Of a DNA stretch of 64,000 nt, positions 10,813 to 20,801 are shown piece after piece. The DNA comes from Nitrospirota bacterium. GTDB taxonomy: Bacteria; Nitrospirota; UBA9217. Every line of letters starts with the position of its first letter. Positions within the stretch are counted from its first letter, which is position 1. Made by a program: the position numbers and the translations under genes. A model generated the notes under the pieces. That model searched no databases. It saw nothing but the letters and a program-made list of their open reading frames with translations, and had not been told where the DNA came from. The stretch covers positions 1-64,000 of the forward strand of contig DASPSR010000030.1 of assembly GCA_035623825.1 (NCBI GenBank). Reading direction: 5' to 3'.

Positions 10813-11595
10813 TTACACCGGAAGCGTGAAGGCAGACAGAATTTCCGCCAGCGAGTCTACGGCCTTCCCCAGGTTCTTCGAAGCCCTTGCTGCGTTTCTC
10901 CCTAATTTTATGCTCGCTGGGACCAGCTTCGGCTTTGCGAGAAGGAGGCCTAAGGCCCGCAAAAAACGGTACTGACCCTTCTCGTCTGTTACCGCATGAA
11001 GTCCCTGAGGAACATCTTCACCCAGCCGGTCGGTGATCGAGCGTAGTGCGATAAAGGGGATCCGATTCTGATGCGAGAGCTTCGCAAGATAATATGTTTC
11101 CATATCGCACACAGGGAAGGGGAGGCTGACGGGAATCAGCTTCCTGATTTTCGCTTTCGCCATCATTTCCGAGAGGGTAACGATGATTCCCTCAGCAGCG
11201 GCGGTCTTCTCGCTGAGTTTTTCCCCTATTCGCCTGATGAAGGGGGAATCAGGGACGGCGTCTTCACGGACATGTTCGAGTCGCTCCGTCCTGTCTCCCC
11301 CGATGAGGAGGGAGCGGGAAGACCATACGATATCTCCTATTCCGGCATCTTCGTACAGGGCGCCGCCAAACCCAGCGGACAGAACAATATCGGGGCGGCG
11401 CTCCTTGAGTACGCGCCAGAACGCGGTTTCAATATTCGCAGCTCCCATTCCGGTTTGTATTGCGACGATCTCGCACGAGGGGTGCCGTTTTCCCTGAAAG
11501 GGAAAAGCTTCGCCGTCCATATTTTGTACGGATGAACGGTTTTTATGTATATGTTTTAATTCCTGCGGAAAGGCCGCAAAGAGTGCCACAATCAT
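10813..11595 (-). CDS. hpnG: Hopanoid-associated nucleoside phosphorylase (HpnG-like, PNP/MTA-SAH nucleosidase fold)
   Basis: TGMGAAN, SAGFGGAL, DMET and LRSITD motifs. Divergent from the hopanoid genes. Confidence 0.72.
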   Translation of the reverse strand: MIVALFAAFPQELKHIHKNRSSVQNMDGEAFPFQGKRHPSCEIVAIQTGMGAANIETAFWRVLKERRPDIVLSAGFGGALYEDAGIGDIVWSSRSLLIGGDRTERLEHVREDAVPDSPFIRRIGEKLSEKTAAAEGIIVTLSEMMAKAKIRKLIPVSLPFPVCDMETYYLAKLSHQNRIPFIALRSITDRLGEDVPQGLHAVTDEKGQYRFLRALGLLLAKPKLVPASIKLGRNAARASKNLGKAVDSLAEILSAFTLPV

Positions 11596-11900
11596 ATAGA
11601 GAAGGTGCGCTCCCCCTGCCACAATCTTGAAGAAATTCATTTAATTCATGGAGTGAAAGGTCTTTATGTCTGACGTCGACGCGGTGTGTCCCGAAACATC
11701 TCTTTCCTCCTTTGAAACCGTTTTCTCGCGGGTACATTTTTTTGTCGTTTTGTAGTATAGTATAGCAGAGAAAGGAAGATGGCGAGCAACACTGTGAACG
11801 AGGCGGCGATTTATAATACCATAGATCTCTATGAGCGTGCAAGGGAGCCTTGGTCACTGGCAATCCCGTTGACGAGCCATGGCGCGGAACGCGAAGCGAC

Positions 11901-13058
11901 ATGATCATGATCGATACGATTCGGGCAATCATTATCCTGCTTCTCCTCTGTGCGGGCGGCTATCATCTTTTCTCTCTCTACTGTGTATGGAAATTTTTTC
12001 AAAAGGAGAAAAATGAGGCGGCGCTTCCGCAACATGTTCCTGTCTCAATTGTCAAACCGCTCAAGGGCATAGACCCTGGATTTGCTGAAAACCTCAGGAC
12101 CTTTTGCGAGCAGGACTATCCCGAATATGAGGTCCTGCTCGGATTTTCAGACCCGGACGACGATGCTATTTCGCGGGTCAACAGCATGGTTGCTTCCCTT
12201 GCGGACCGCAACGTCCGTATGGTCGTCAGTACGGGCCGTCCAGGCGTGAACCGAAAAGTGTCGAATCTCGAAGGGCTGGTGGAGTCAGCCCGGTACCCCA
12301 TTATCGCTATTAGTGACAGCGACATGCGAGTGGACCGGTCCTATCTCGCGAGAAGCATGGCGGAATACCTCAGCTCCCGAAATGTCGGGTTGGTCACATC
12401 TTTATACAAGATCTCAAACCCGGAATCGATAGGAGCTGCGCTTGAGTCCCTGACGATCGCGCTCGACTTCATTCCGTCCGTGCTTGTAGCCCGACGGCTG
12501 GAAGGCATAACGTTCGGATTAGGGGCATCTTTGGTGCTCTCAAAGAAGGCGCTGGAGGACATCGGCGGCTTTTCCGAGATTGCTGACTACCTTGCAGACG
12601 ACTACCAGATCGGCAACCGGCTGTGGAAGCGGGGGTATTCGATCATCCTCTCCCGACACGTCATCGAAAACGTTGCGGGTCCCATGAGCGTCGCTGATCA
12701 CTGCAGGCATCAGCTCCGGTGGGCGCGGACCTACCGGGCATCGAGACCGAAGGGGTTTGCCGGGTACGGCATTACGCACCTTGTCCCCTTTTCCCTGTTT
12801 CTCCTCATCGCAGATGGTCCGACCGCCCTCTCGCTGTCCATTCTCGGGTCCGCAGTCATGATGCGGTACTGCCTTGCGTTCGTCCTGCACAGAAGGGTCA
12901 TTCGTTCACCGCAGTGGTTGAAATGGCTTGTTCTTGTGCCGATCAAGGACATCCTCGGCTTCGGTATCTGGGCATGGAGCTTCACGGGCCGCAAAGTCCG
13001 CTGGCGGGGCAGCTTGTATCGCATTCTGAAAGACGGAAAGCTCCAGAAGTCGGGGTAG
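11901..13058 (+). CDS. hpnI: Bacteriohopanetetrol glucosamine biosynthesis glycosyltransferase HpnI (GT2 / ceramide glucosyltransferase-like)
   Basis: PVSIVKPLKG, QDYP, NRKVSNL, SDSD, LADDY, HQLRWART, VRWRG. Confidence 0.9.
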   Translation: MIMIDTIRAIIILLLLCAGGYHLFSLYCVWKFFQKEKNEAALPQHVPVSIVKPLKGIDPGFAENLRTFCEQDYPEYEVLLGFSDPDDDAISRVNSMVASLADRNVRMVVSTGRPGVNRKVSNLEGLVESARYPIIAISDSDMRVDRSYLARSMAEYLSSRNVGLVTSLYKISNPESIGAALESLTIALDFIPSVLVARRLEGITFGLGASLVLSKKALEDIGGFSEIADYLADDYQIGNRLWKRGYSIILSRHVIENVAGPMSVADHCRHQLRWARTYRASRPKGFAGYGITHLVPFSLFLLIADGPTALSLSILGSAVMMRYCLAFVLHRRVIRSPQWLKWLVLVPIKDILGFGIWAWSFTGRKVRWRGSLYRILKDGKLQKSG

Positions 13059-13119
13059 ACGCAAGCCAGCTGCAAAGCTGACCGCCACCAAAACCGTACT
13101 ACCATTCCAACATAAAACT

Positions 13120-14409
13120 ATGCGACTCTCGGCCTCGCTGCTGTTTTTGACAATGTTTTTAAGTGTGTTTGCCTGCACCACCATGGTGCCCGGCAAAAAG
13201 CTTCCGGACCCTTCGTCTAATGATACCTCGGTGCCTGGCAAAAAGCTCCCGGACCCCTTGACAAATGATCCCGCCGGAGAGCAGATGAAAGTAGTCACTG
13301 TGCCCCTGCCGGTCATAGCTGCCAGTCCGAACGAGGGGGTCACCTCTGGGGCCCTGGTCGCTTTCCTTCTCCACAACGAGAAGGACGAAGTCAGCACGCT
13401 GCTGGCCCCTCAGGTGAATTACAACTACTACTTCGGCACCTCCGCCACCCTCTACGGCGCCTTCTACCCCTCACCGGTTCGGAGTTGGGAATTCAACATC
13501 TCCAAGTCCACCCATGTCAACGAAGACTACGAAATCAAGTATGTCGATCGGTCACTGTTCAACGAAAAGGCAGAGGTGCGCTCCTTTCTCTACACTTTCA
13601 CTGACGGCTCCGCGCGCTTTTTCGGCTTCGGGATCAACAGCCCCCGTGCGAATGAGACGAACTTCGGCGACAGGGAGTCGGGTATCACTTTGTCGCTGGC
13701 TTACACGATCGCCGGAAATCTTCGATTGGTCGTGGGCGAACGTTACAGGCGCGTTGATGTTGTGCAGGGAGCGGTGCACTCGGTCCCCTTCATCCGCGAC
13801 GAATTCACATTGGCCGAGGTCCCCGGCATCGATGGCTTTACCGTGCACGCGCAGAAACTTGGTCTTGTCTACAGCACTCTCGACCTACCCAGCATGCCGA
13901 CTGCCGGTTTTTACGCGGAGGCGTATGTTGAAGGAAGCGCGGAGGCCTTAGGCAGCAGCGCCAGCTATGTTCATTACCAGGCAGAGATGAAGGGCTACGT
14001 CCCGTCTGCGAGTGGACGATGGATCACGGTTTACCAGATCTCCTACAACAGCACTCCGGGCGCTGATGTGCCCTTCCTCGAACGAAGCATTCTTGGAGGT
14101 GAGACCACACTGCGCGGGTATGGCCTCAACCGTTTTATCGACTCCACTTCCCTGCTTTTCAACCTCGAAGAACGGATCTATGTCTTCCGCTGGAAAGTGT
14201 TCGATGTTAATGCTGACTGGCAGGTGGCGCCATTCGTCGATTGCGGCGGGGTCATGAAATCGCTCGCTTCGCCGCGGTGGGACGATTTCAAGATCAATCC
14301 CGGCATCGGATTCAGGGCAGAGGTCCGTCCCAATATTGTCGGCAGGGTTGACATTGGCTTTGGTAACGAGGGATGGGCAGTATTTGTCGGACTCGGTTAC
14401 CCATTCTGA
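13120..14409 (+). CDS. Omp85/BamA-TamA family beta-barrel lipoprotein without obvious POTRA domains
   Basis: Lipobox VFAC, LGGETTLRGYGLNRFID (Omp85 loop-6-like motif), GIGFR, C-terminal VGLGYPF. Confidence 0.8.
   Translation: MRLSASLLFLTMFLSVFACTTMVPGKKLPDPSSNDTSVPGKKLPDPLTNDPAGEQMKVVTVPLPVIAASPNEGVTSGALVAFLLHNEKDEVSTLLAPQVNYNYYFGTSATLYGAFYPSPVRSWEFNISKSTHVNEDYEIKYVDRSLFNEKAEVRSFLYTFTDGSARFFGFGINSPRANETNFGDRESGITLSLAYTIAGNLRLVVGERYRRVDVVQGAVHSVPFIRDEFTLAEVPGIDGFTVHAQKLGLVYSTLDLPSMPTAGFYAEAYVEGSAEALGSSASYVHYQAEMKGYVPSASGRWITVYQISYNSTPGADVPFLERSILGGETTLRGYGLNRFIDSTSLLFNLEERIYVFRWKVFDVNADWQVAPFVDCGGVMKSLASPRWDDFKINPGIGFRAEVRPNIVGRVDIGFGNEGWAVFVGLGYPF
13186..13275 (+). repeat. 45-bp in-frame tandem duplication (VPGKKLPDPSSNDTS / VPGKKLPDPLTNDPA)
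   Basis: gtgcccggcaaaaagcttccggaccc... and gtgcctggcaaaaagctcccggaccc... directly after the lipobox. Confidence 0.9.
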
Positions 14410-14497
14410 AGCTGCGCCTGTTTGCCCGATAAGCGAGAGAGTGCACAATCGCATTGCCCTGACATTTATAGTAAAGGGCGATAATACCTTTTTCGCA

Positions 14498-14525
14498 TTG
14501 ACATTTTTAAGGGCTCAGATATAAT
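14498..14525 (+). promoter_or_regulatory. sigma70-like promoter upstream of the hpnJ operon
   Basis: TTGACA-N16-TATAAT. A weaker look-alike (CTGACA...GATAAT) lies about 40 bp upstream. Confidence 0.6.
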
Positions 14526-14954
14526 ACATTTTTATGCGTGCGCGGCTGAAGCGCATAAAATCCCGACGGTTAAGCCACAATCCCGCCTGTTTTGGATGGA
14601 ATTTCACTTCGGTAGTGAGATCGTTCGTTTTATCGAAAAAAACAGGGAGATTGGATCGTCACGTTCGATGAAAATGACAGGCGATAGGGGTAATCCTCGG
14701 CGGCAATGAACGAACGCCCCGTTTTCGGTTGCGACGGGATAACGGAGGTCAGACTCACGAAATTGAAGGCGTTGAGGAAGGATATCAAGAGGAATGGACA
14801 TCTCCCACCCCCATGCTCATTTTTGTGATGGAGCATAGGGGCTGAGGACTGTTCGGCGTGTCAATTCGTGCGAAGAGTACGGGACTGTTTCCTGTTACCC
14901 TCCTCAATTTTTGCTACTTTAGGGTTTCATGTTATAATTCTTAGAGAAATAACA

Positions 14955-16379
14955 ATGCGAACACTACTTCTTAACCCGCCTTCGTATGCGGGATTCGACG
15001 GCGGGGCCGGTTCACGGTATCAGGCCCGGCGTGAGATCCGTTCCTTCTGGTATCCCACTTGGCTGGCATATCCTACCGGCCTTATTCCGGATAGCCGCCT
15101 CGTAGATGCTCCTGCCGACGATTTAAGCAGAGATGACGTAATCCGCCTCGCCGATGGATATGACTTGATCGCCATGAGCACGAGCACTCCGACCATTTCT
15201 CATGATGTGGGGCTCGCCGGGGCGCTGAAGAAACAATATCCGCATGTCATAATTGGACTTGTCGGCCCTCACCCCATGGTGCTTCCCATGGAAACCATGG
15301 CGATGTCGGCAGCCCTCGATTTCGTCACCACGGGAGAATACGATTATACGCTGGCCGAAATCGCCAATGGAGTCCCGCTTCATCGTGTCAAGGGTATTGT
15401 CTTCCGCTCAAACGGGGAGCTGGTGCGTACGCCTGACAGGCCGCTCATCGAGGACCTCGATGCTCTTCCCTTTGTGAGCAGGATCTACGCTCGGGATCTC
15501 ACGATCAAGAACTATTACAACGGCTATTTGCTACATCCCTACGTTTCTCTCTATACCGGCCGCGGGTGTCGCGCGCGGTGCACGTACTGCCTGTGGCCCC
15601 AGACGATCTCCGGGCACGCCTACCGGGTCAGAAGCGTGGAAAACGTGTATGAAGAAATGGTCCTTGCCAGGCAACTGTTCCCGCAGGTTAAGGAGTTTTT
15701 CTTTGACGATGACACGTTGACCCAGGATGCGCCGAGAGCCGAAAAGCTCGCCCGGAGGATACAACCGCTAGGACTGACCTGGTCGTGCAATGCGCGGGCG
15801 AACGTCAAAAAAGAAACACTTAAGGTAATGAAAGAAAGCGGTTTGCGTTTGCTGACCGTCGGGTTCGAATCGGGCAATCAGAAAATACTCGATATCATGA
15901 AAAAGGGGATCAATACGGGCCAGGCCCGGGAATTTATGAAGGCGGCAAAAGAGCTGGGCATTCTGGTACACGGGGCCTTTATTCTGGGACTGCCGGGTGA
16001 AACGAAAGAAACCATTGAAGAGACGCTTCGGTATGCGCTGGAGCTCGATCCCTACAGCATCCAAGTCTCTCTTGTCGCACCCTATCCAGGGACTGAGATG
16101 TATGCACAGGGGATAAAAGAGGGCTGGATCGTGCGAGCAGGGGAACAGTTGTTGAAAGACGGCATACAGAATGTCGCAGTTTCCTACGACGGACTTTCCC
16201 GGGAATACATTTTTGAGGCGGTGGAACGCTTCTACCGCCGCTTCTACCTCAGACCTCGCCCGATCCTGAGAATGATGCAGGAAATGATTCATGACAGACA
16301 CATATTCGTCCGCCGTATAAGGGAGGGGGCGGAGTTCTTTTCGTTCATGGCGAAGCGGAAAGAGGTGGTCCAGTCGTAA
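14955..16379 (+). CDS. hpnJ: Hopanoid biosynthesis-associated B12-binding radical SAM protein HpnJ
   Basis: FDGGAGSRYQARREIRSFWYPTWLA, CRARCTYCLWPQT (CxxxCxxC), FFFDDDT. Confidence 0.95.
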   Translation: MRTLLLNPPSYAGFDGGAGSRYQARREIRSFWYPTWLAYPTGLIPDSRLVDAPADDLSRDDVIRLADGYDLIAMSTSTPTISHDVGLAGALKKQYPHVIIGLVGPHPMVLPMETMAMSAALDFVTTGEYDYTLAEIANGVPLHRVKGIVFRSNGELVRTPDRPLIEDLDALPFVSRIYARDLTIKNYYNGYLLHPYVSLYTGRGCRARCTYCLWPQTISGHAYRVRSVENVYEEMVLARQLFPQVKEFFFDDDTLTQDAPRAEKLARRIQPLGLTWSCNARANVKKETLKVMKESGLRLLTVGFESGNQKILDIMKKGINTGQAREFMKAAKELGILVHGAFILGLPGETKETIEETLRYALELDPYSIQVSLVAPYPGTEMYAQGIKEGWIVRAGEQLLKDGIQNVAVSYDGLSREYIFEAVERFYRRFYLRPRPILRMMQEMIHDRHIFVRRIREGAEFFSFMAKRKEVVQS

Positions 16380-17251
16380 TGGCGAGTGGCCGCAAAAAAT
16401 ACGCGATCATCGTTGCTGATGATTTTGGCCGTTCCTCATCAGTGAACCTTGCCGTTGCCGCGGCGCATGACAGGGGGATGCTTACAGCGGCGAGCCTCAT
16501 GGCGGGAGGGGCCGCCTTCGAGGAAGCGGTGGAGATAGCCCGGAAGCGAAGGGGCCTCTCAGTCGGACTCCACGTGACCCTCTGTGACGGAAGGTCCGTT
16601 CTGCCTTATTCCGAAATCCCCGATCTCGCGAATTCCCGCGGCTGCTTCGATAACAGCCCTTCAAGGGCCTGGATGAAATACCGTCACGCCGGCCTTCTTG
16701 ACCAGCTTGACCATGAGATCGAAGCGCAGTTCGACCGGCTGGAAAAGGCGGGCATACGTCCGACGCACATAGACGGCCATCACCACCTCCACATGCATCC
16801 TGCCATATTTGAACTGCTGTGCAGGCACGCATCACGTCGGGGGATTCGTTGGGTACGGATGCCTCGTGAACCCCTGTCACTCCTGTTCCGCTTTCTCTCC
16901 GCCAGACGCGGCGCGATGTCATTTATCGAATGGGCAACTTTCGCAGTCCTTGGGAGAATGCATGGAAGAAAGGCACGGGAGTACGGACTGCGTTCCGTCG
17001 ATGCGTACGGGTTGGCGCGGACCGGGCAGTGCGACGCGCGTTACCTGATGCACATTTTTGACCGCGCCAGTGGCTCCTTTGAGATTTTCACGCACCCCGA
17101 TACCGCAACATTGGAAGGACAACGCGAACTGGAAGCCCTGACCTCGGGCGTGGTGCGTGCCGCACTCGCTGCACGCGGCGTTGTTCTAGCAGGATATCGG
17201 GAACTTTCCGCGGGAGTAGCAGTCCCTAATGGTGCGATGGAGACCGCATGA
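16379..17251 (+). CDS. hpnK: HpnK / ChbG-YdjC family deacetylase
   Basis: ADDFG, GLHVTL, HIDGHHHLHMHP, THP. Translationally coupled to hpnJ. Confidence 0.88.
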   Translation: MASGRKKYAIIVADDFGRSSSVNLAVAAAHDRGMLTAASLMAGGAAFEEAVEIARKRRGLSVGLHVTLCDGRSVLPYSEIPDLANSRGCFDNSPSRAWMKYRHAGLLDQLDHEIEAQFDRLEKAGIRPTHIDGHHHLHMHPAIFELLCRHASRRGIRWVRMPREPLSLLFRFLSARRGAMSFIEWATFAVLGRMHGRKAREYGLRSVDAYGLARTGQCDARYLMHIFDRASGSFEIFTHPDTATLEGQRELEALTSGVVRAALAARGVVLAGYRELSAGVAVPNGAMETA

Positions 17252-17700
17252 AGACGTATATCGTCATTATGATTGCCGCACTTTCTGCGGCAGTAGGCGA
17301 GTCCCTCCTGAGCTTTGGCATGAGGAGATACGGTTCGATGAACCTTGCGGAGCCGTCCCACTGGCTCGTCCTTATTTCTTCGGTATTCAGAAATCCCTAT
17401 GTATTTCTCGGTATCGTCTTTCTTAGCATCTTCTTTTTTCTCTATCTCGCTGCCCTCTCATGGGCGGACCTCAGTTTCGTCCTGCCGTTGACCGCGGTTT
17501 CATATCTCTTCGCCGCGCTGCTGGCAAAGTTCTTTCTTAAGGAAGAGGTCTCATGGCATCGCTGGGCAGGTACCATTATCATTGTGATCGGCATCGCCCT
17601 GGTGGCCCTCGGCGGCAAATCGCGTTCAAGCGATGTTCCGCTTCCCGTGCCTCCTCATCACGGATTCACCGAGGATCGCGGGAGGGTGAACGGAAGCTGA
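17248..17700 (+). CDS. EamA/DMT small membrane protein (ArnE/ArnF-like)
   Basis: Four TM helices, ALSWADLSFVLPLTA, FLKEEVS..RWAG. Confidence 0.8.
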   Translation: MKTYIVIMIAALSAAVGESLLSFGMRRYGSMNLAEPSHWLVLISSVFRNPYVFLGIVFLSIFFFLYLAALSWADLSFVLPLTAVSYLFAALLAKFFLKEEVSWHRWAGTIIIVIGIALVALGGKSRSSDVPLPVPPHHGFTEDRGRVNGS

Positions 17701-17745
17701 CCGTCATTCCGGCTTTTTTTCGCTCAAAGACGCTGCCGCTTCGAT

Positions 17746-19803
17746 ATGATGGCCATGCGGAGGAAGAAAGAAGCAATGAAGAGGTTATCTATAAACCACA
17801 ACGAGAAAAAATCGGATTACGGGCGAGACTCCGAGGAGGTGGCCCGCATCCTGCCCGGAATCCGGAAGAGCGAATCCCGCGCTTTGCCGGGGCACTCGTT
17901 GTCTCTAAGGACAGTCTCTGACGCCATAAGGAAAACGCTATCCTATTACATTGACCAGCAAGATCCGGACGGGTACTGGTGGTATGAGCTGGAATCCAAC
18001 GTCACCATTGTATCGGAATACCTGATGCTCCTTCATTTCCTGGGGCTCCGGGACGAAAACCGTGACAGAAAGATCGTACGCAACATCCTTCGAAACCAGC
18101 GGGCAGACGGGACATGGTCGCTGTTCTATGAGGGAAGAGGCGACCTCAGCACTACCGTTGAAGCATATTTCGCTCTGAAAATCGCTGGTTTATCCGCCGA
18201 CGATGAGCCGATGAGAAAGGCCAGGGAATTCATTATCAGGGAAGGAGGGGTAGAGGCATCGAGAGTATTCACAAAGGTATATCTCGCCCTTTTCGGCCTC
18301 TACGACTGGCGGGCGATCTCTTCCATTCCTGTCGAGCTTACTTTATTTCCTGCTTGGTTTCCTCTTAACATCTATAACTTCTCGAGCTGGGCGCGGTCCA
18401 CGCTTGTGCCACTGACAATGATCTGGGCGTTCAAGCCTGTGAGGACCTTGGACCATGTGATGACGCTCCGGGAGTTGTACCGCGAACCTGACAGGATGCC
18501 GCCGATCACGTCCGGCAAGCTGCCCCGCTTCTCGTTGAAGAGGATATTTATCGCCCTCGACAAACTTGTCAAGGTTTACGAGCGCCTGCCGGTCAGACCC
18601 TTCAGAAAGACGGCCCTCACGAGGACCGAACGATGGATCCTTGACCACCAGGAGCCAACCGGGGACTGGGGCGGCATACAGCCCGCTATGATCAACTCGA
18701 TCCTCGCACTTACGGCGATGGGATATCCGAACAACTCTGAGCCTGTAAGAAAAGGGCTAGAAGCACTGAAGAAATTTACCATCGAGAGCAACGATGAGCT
18801 CGTTCTTCAATCATGCATCTCCCCGGTATGGGACACAGCCCTCACGTGCCTTGCGATGCACCACGCGGGATTGGGCAAAGACCATCCATCCCTCAAAAAG
18901 GCATGCACGTGGCTGGCCTCGAAACAGATTTTCAAGCGGGGCGACTGGAGCGTCAAAAGACCTTTGCTTGACCCCGGTGGCTGGGCTTTCGAGTTCGAGA
19001 ACAGCTGGTACCCTGATGTGGATGACACCGCTGTCGTTCTTTTGCTCCTCAAGAAATGCGCCGATGAGAGATCGATCACAGCGGAGAACTTCTCCCGGGG
19101 CCTTCGCTGGATGCTGGGCATGCAGGGAAAAGACGGCGGTTGGGGCGCGTTTGACGTGGACAACGACATAAAGATCTTAAACCAACTTCTCTTCGGGGAT
19201 CTGGAGGCAATGATAGATCCCAGTACCCCGGACTTGACCGGGAGGGTTCTCGAACTTCTCGGTTCGATGGGGTACGATCTCTCAAACGACGTAGTCATGC
19301 GCGCGACGGCGTTTCTCAAGCTCACCCAGGAAGAAGAAGGCTCTTGGTGGGGAAGATGGGGAGTCAATCACCTCTATGGAACGAGCACCGTGATGGCAGG
19401 GCTGAACGCAGTAGGAGAAGATATGTCGAACCCATATATCCGGAGAGCCGTGCAGTGGCTTCAAGCAACGCAGAACACCGATGGGGGATGGGGCGAGAGC
19501 TGTGAATCATACCGTCAAGCACCTTCGAACTCCTGCAAAAGGCTGAGCACCCCCTCGCAGACAGCATGGGCGATTCTGGCGCTGATTGCCGCAGGCGAGG
19601 CGGGCAGCAGTGGGGTCATGAATGGAGTGACGTATCTTCTCAAAAGACAAAGCGACGACGGCACGTGGAACGAGAAAGAGTTCACGGGCACAGGGTTTCC
19701 GAAGTACTTCTTCATCAGGTATCATAATTACCGGAATTGCTTTCCTCTGATGGCCCTCGGCAAGTATCTCTCCGCGATTGGGAACGAGGCGGCCGGGCGA
19801 TGA
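17746..19803 (+). CDS. shc: Squalene-hopene cyclase (start may be 17776)
   Basis: DXDD motif (YPDVDDTAVV), QW repeats (QRADGTW, QGKDGGWGAFD, QNTDGGWGE, QSDDGTW), FTGTGFP. Confidence 0.97.
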   Translation: MMAMRRKKEAMKRLSINHNEKKSDYGRDSEEVARILPGIRKSESRALPGHSLSLRTVSDAIRKTLSYYIDQQDPDGYWWYELESNVTIVSEYLMLLHFLGLRDENRDRKIVRNILRNQRADGTWSLFYEGRGDLSTTVEAYFALKIAGLSADDEPMRKAREFIIREGGVEASRVFTKVYLALFGLYDWRAISSIPVELTLFPAWFPLNIYNFSSWARSTLVPLTMIWAFKPVRTLDHVMTLRELYREPDRMPPITSGKLPRFSLKRIFIALDKLVKVYERLPVRPFRKTALTRTERWILDHQEPTGDWGGIQPAMINSILALTAMGYPNNSEPVRKGLEALKKFTIESNDELVLQSCISPVWDTALTCLAMHHAGLGKDHPSLKKACTWLASKQIFKRGDWSVKRPLLDPGGWAFEFENSWYPDVDDTAVVLLLLKKCADERSITAENFSRGLRWMLGMQGKDGGWGAFDVDNDIKILNQLLFGDLEAMIDPSTPDLTGRVLELLGSMGYDLSNDVVMRATAFLKLTQEEEGSWWGRWGVNHLYGTSTVMAGLNAVGEDMSNPYIRRAVQWLQATQNTDGGWGESCESYRQAPSNSCKRLSTPSQTAWAILALIAAGEAGSSGVMNGVTYLLKRQSDDGTWNEKEFTGTGFPKYFFIRYHNYRNCFPLMALGKYLSAIGNEAAGR

Positions 19804-20801
19804 AGGTCCTGGTAACCGGCGCAACGGGCTTCATTGGTTTTCACGTTGCAAAGCACCTGACCGAGAAGGGTTTTTATGTCAAGGCCTTGGTGCGCGATGA
19901 AAACAATGCGGCGGATCTCAAGGGCCTGGGCGCGGTCCCGGTCAAAGGAGACATCAGGGATTTCGACGCGTGTTACGACGCGCTCAAAGGATGCCAATAC
20001 CTGTACCACCTTGCGGCCGATTACCGGCTCTGGGTCCCCGACCCGGCCGTTATGTACGCGATCAACGTGCAGGGGACAAAGAACATCATGCGCGCCGCCT
20101 TGATGCACGCCGTCGAAAAGGTCGTATATACAAGCACTGTAGGTGTTCTGACCTCGGGTGCCAACGGCGTGCCGTCGAACGAGGAATCGTCGGCCGATAT
20201 CCGAGACATGATCGGCCACTATAAAAAGTCGAAGTTCCTGGCTGAAGGCGAGGTGCGGCATTTCATCGAACAGGGCCTTCGCGCCGTCATCGTCAATCCA
20301 TCTACGCCAATCGGGCCTTACGACAGAAAGCCCACGCCAACCGGGAAGATCATCGTTGATTTTTTGAACGGAAAGATTCCGGCATATCTTGATACGGGCC
20401 TGAATTTTGTCGATGTTGAAGACGTGGCGGCCGGCCATGTGCTCGCTGCGGAGCAGGGAAGGATTGGAGAACGATACATACTCGGCAATCGGAACATCAC
20501 GCTGAGAGAGTTCTTCGCTATCCTCGCGCGAATGACGGGGAAGAAGGCGCCGACCGTGCGGCTACCCTATGTACCGGTACTCATGGCGGCCTACATCAAC
20601 GAGGCGCTTTCCACATGGATAACGGGCAAGCAACCCGTGATCCCGTTGACCGGGGTCAAGATGGCGAGAACGTACATGTTTTTCGATTGTGCAAAGGCTG
20701 TCAAGGAATTGCATATGCCCCAGAGTCCCGTTGAGGGAGCACTGGAGAAAGCAATACGGTGGTTCGAACGCAACAATTATATCAAGGCGAGGACGTCGTG
20801 A
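19800..20801 (+). CDS. hpnA: Hopanoid-associated NAD-dependent sugar epimerase/dehydratase HpnA
   Basis: VTGATGFIG, HLAADYRLW, YKKSK, KPTPTG. ATGA overlap with shc. Confidence 0.9.
   Translation: MKVLVTGATGFIGFHVAKHLTEKGFYVKALVRDENNAADLKGLGAVPVKGDIRDFDACYDALKGCQYLYHLAADYRLWVPDPAVMYAINVQGTKNIMRAALMHAVEKVVYTSTVGVLTSGANGVPSNEESSADIRDMIGHYKKSKFLAEGEVRHFIEQGLRAVIVNPSTPIGPYDRKPTPTGKIIVDFLNGKIPAYLDTGLNFVDVEDVAAGHVLAAEQGRIGERYILGNRNITLREFFAILARMTGKKAPTVRLPYVPVLMAAYINEALSTWITGKQPVIPLTGVKMARTYMFFDCAKAVKELHMPQSPVEGALEKAIRWFERNNYIKARTS

Noticed and set aside
14526-14954. Cobalamin, SAM-I or yybP-ykoY riboswitch ahead of hpnJ
   Set aside because: Only isolated words match (ATCAAGAG, GTCAATTCGTG). The B12 box and other core motifs are absent.
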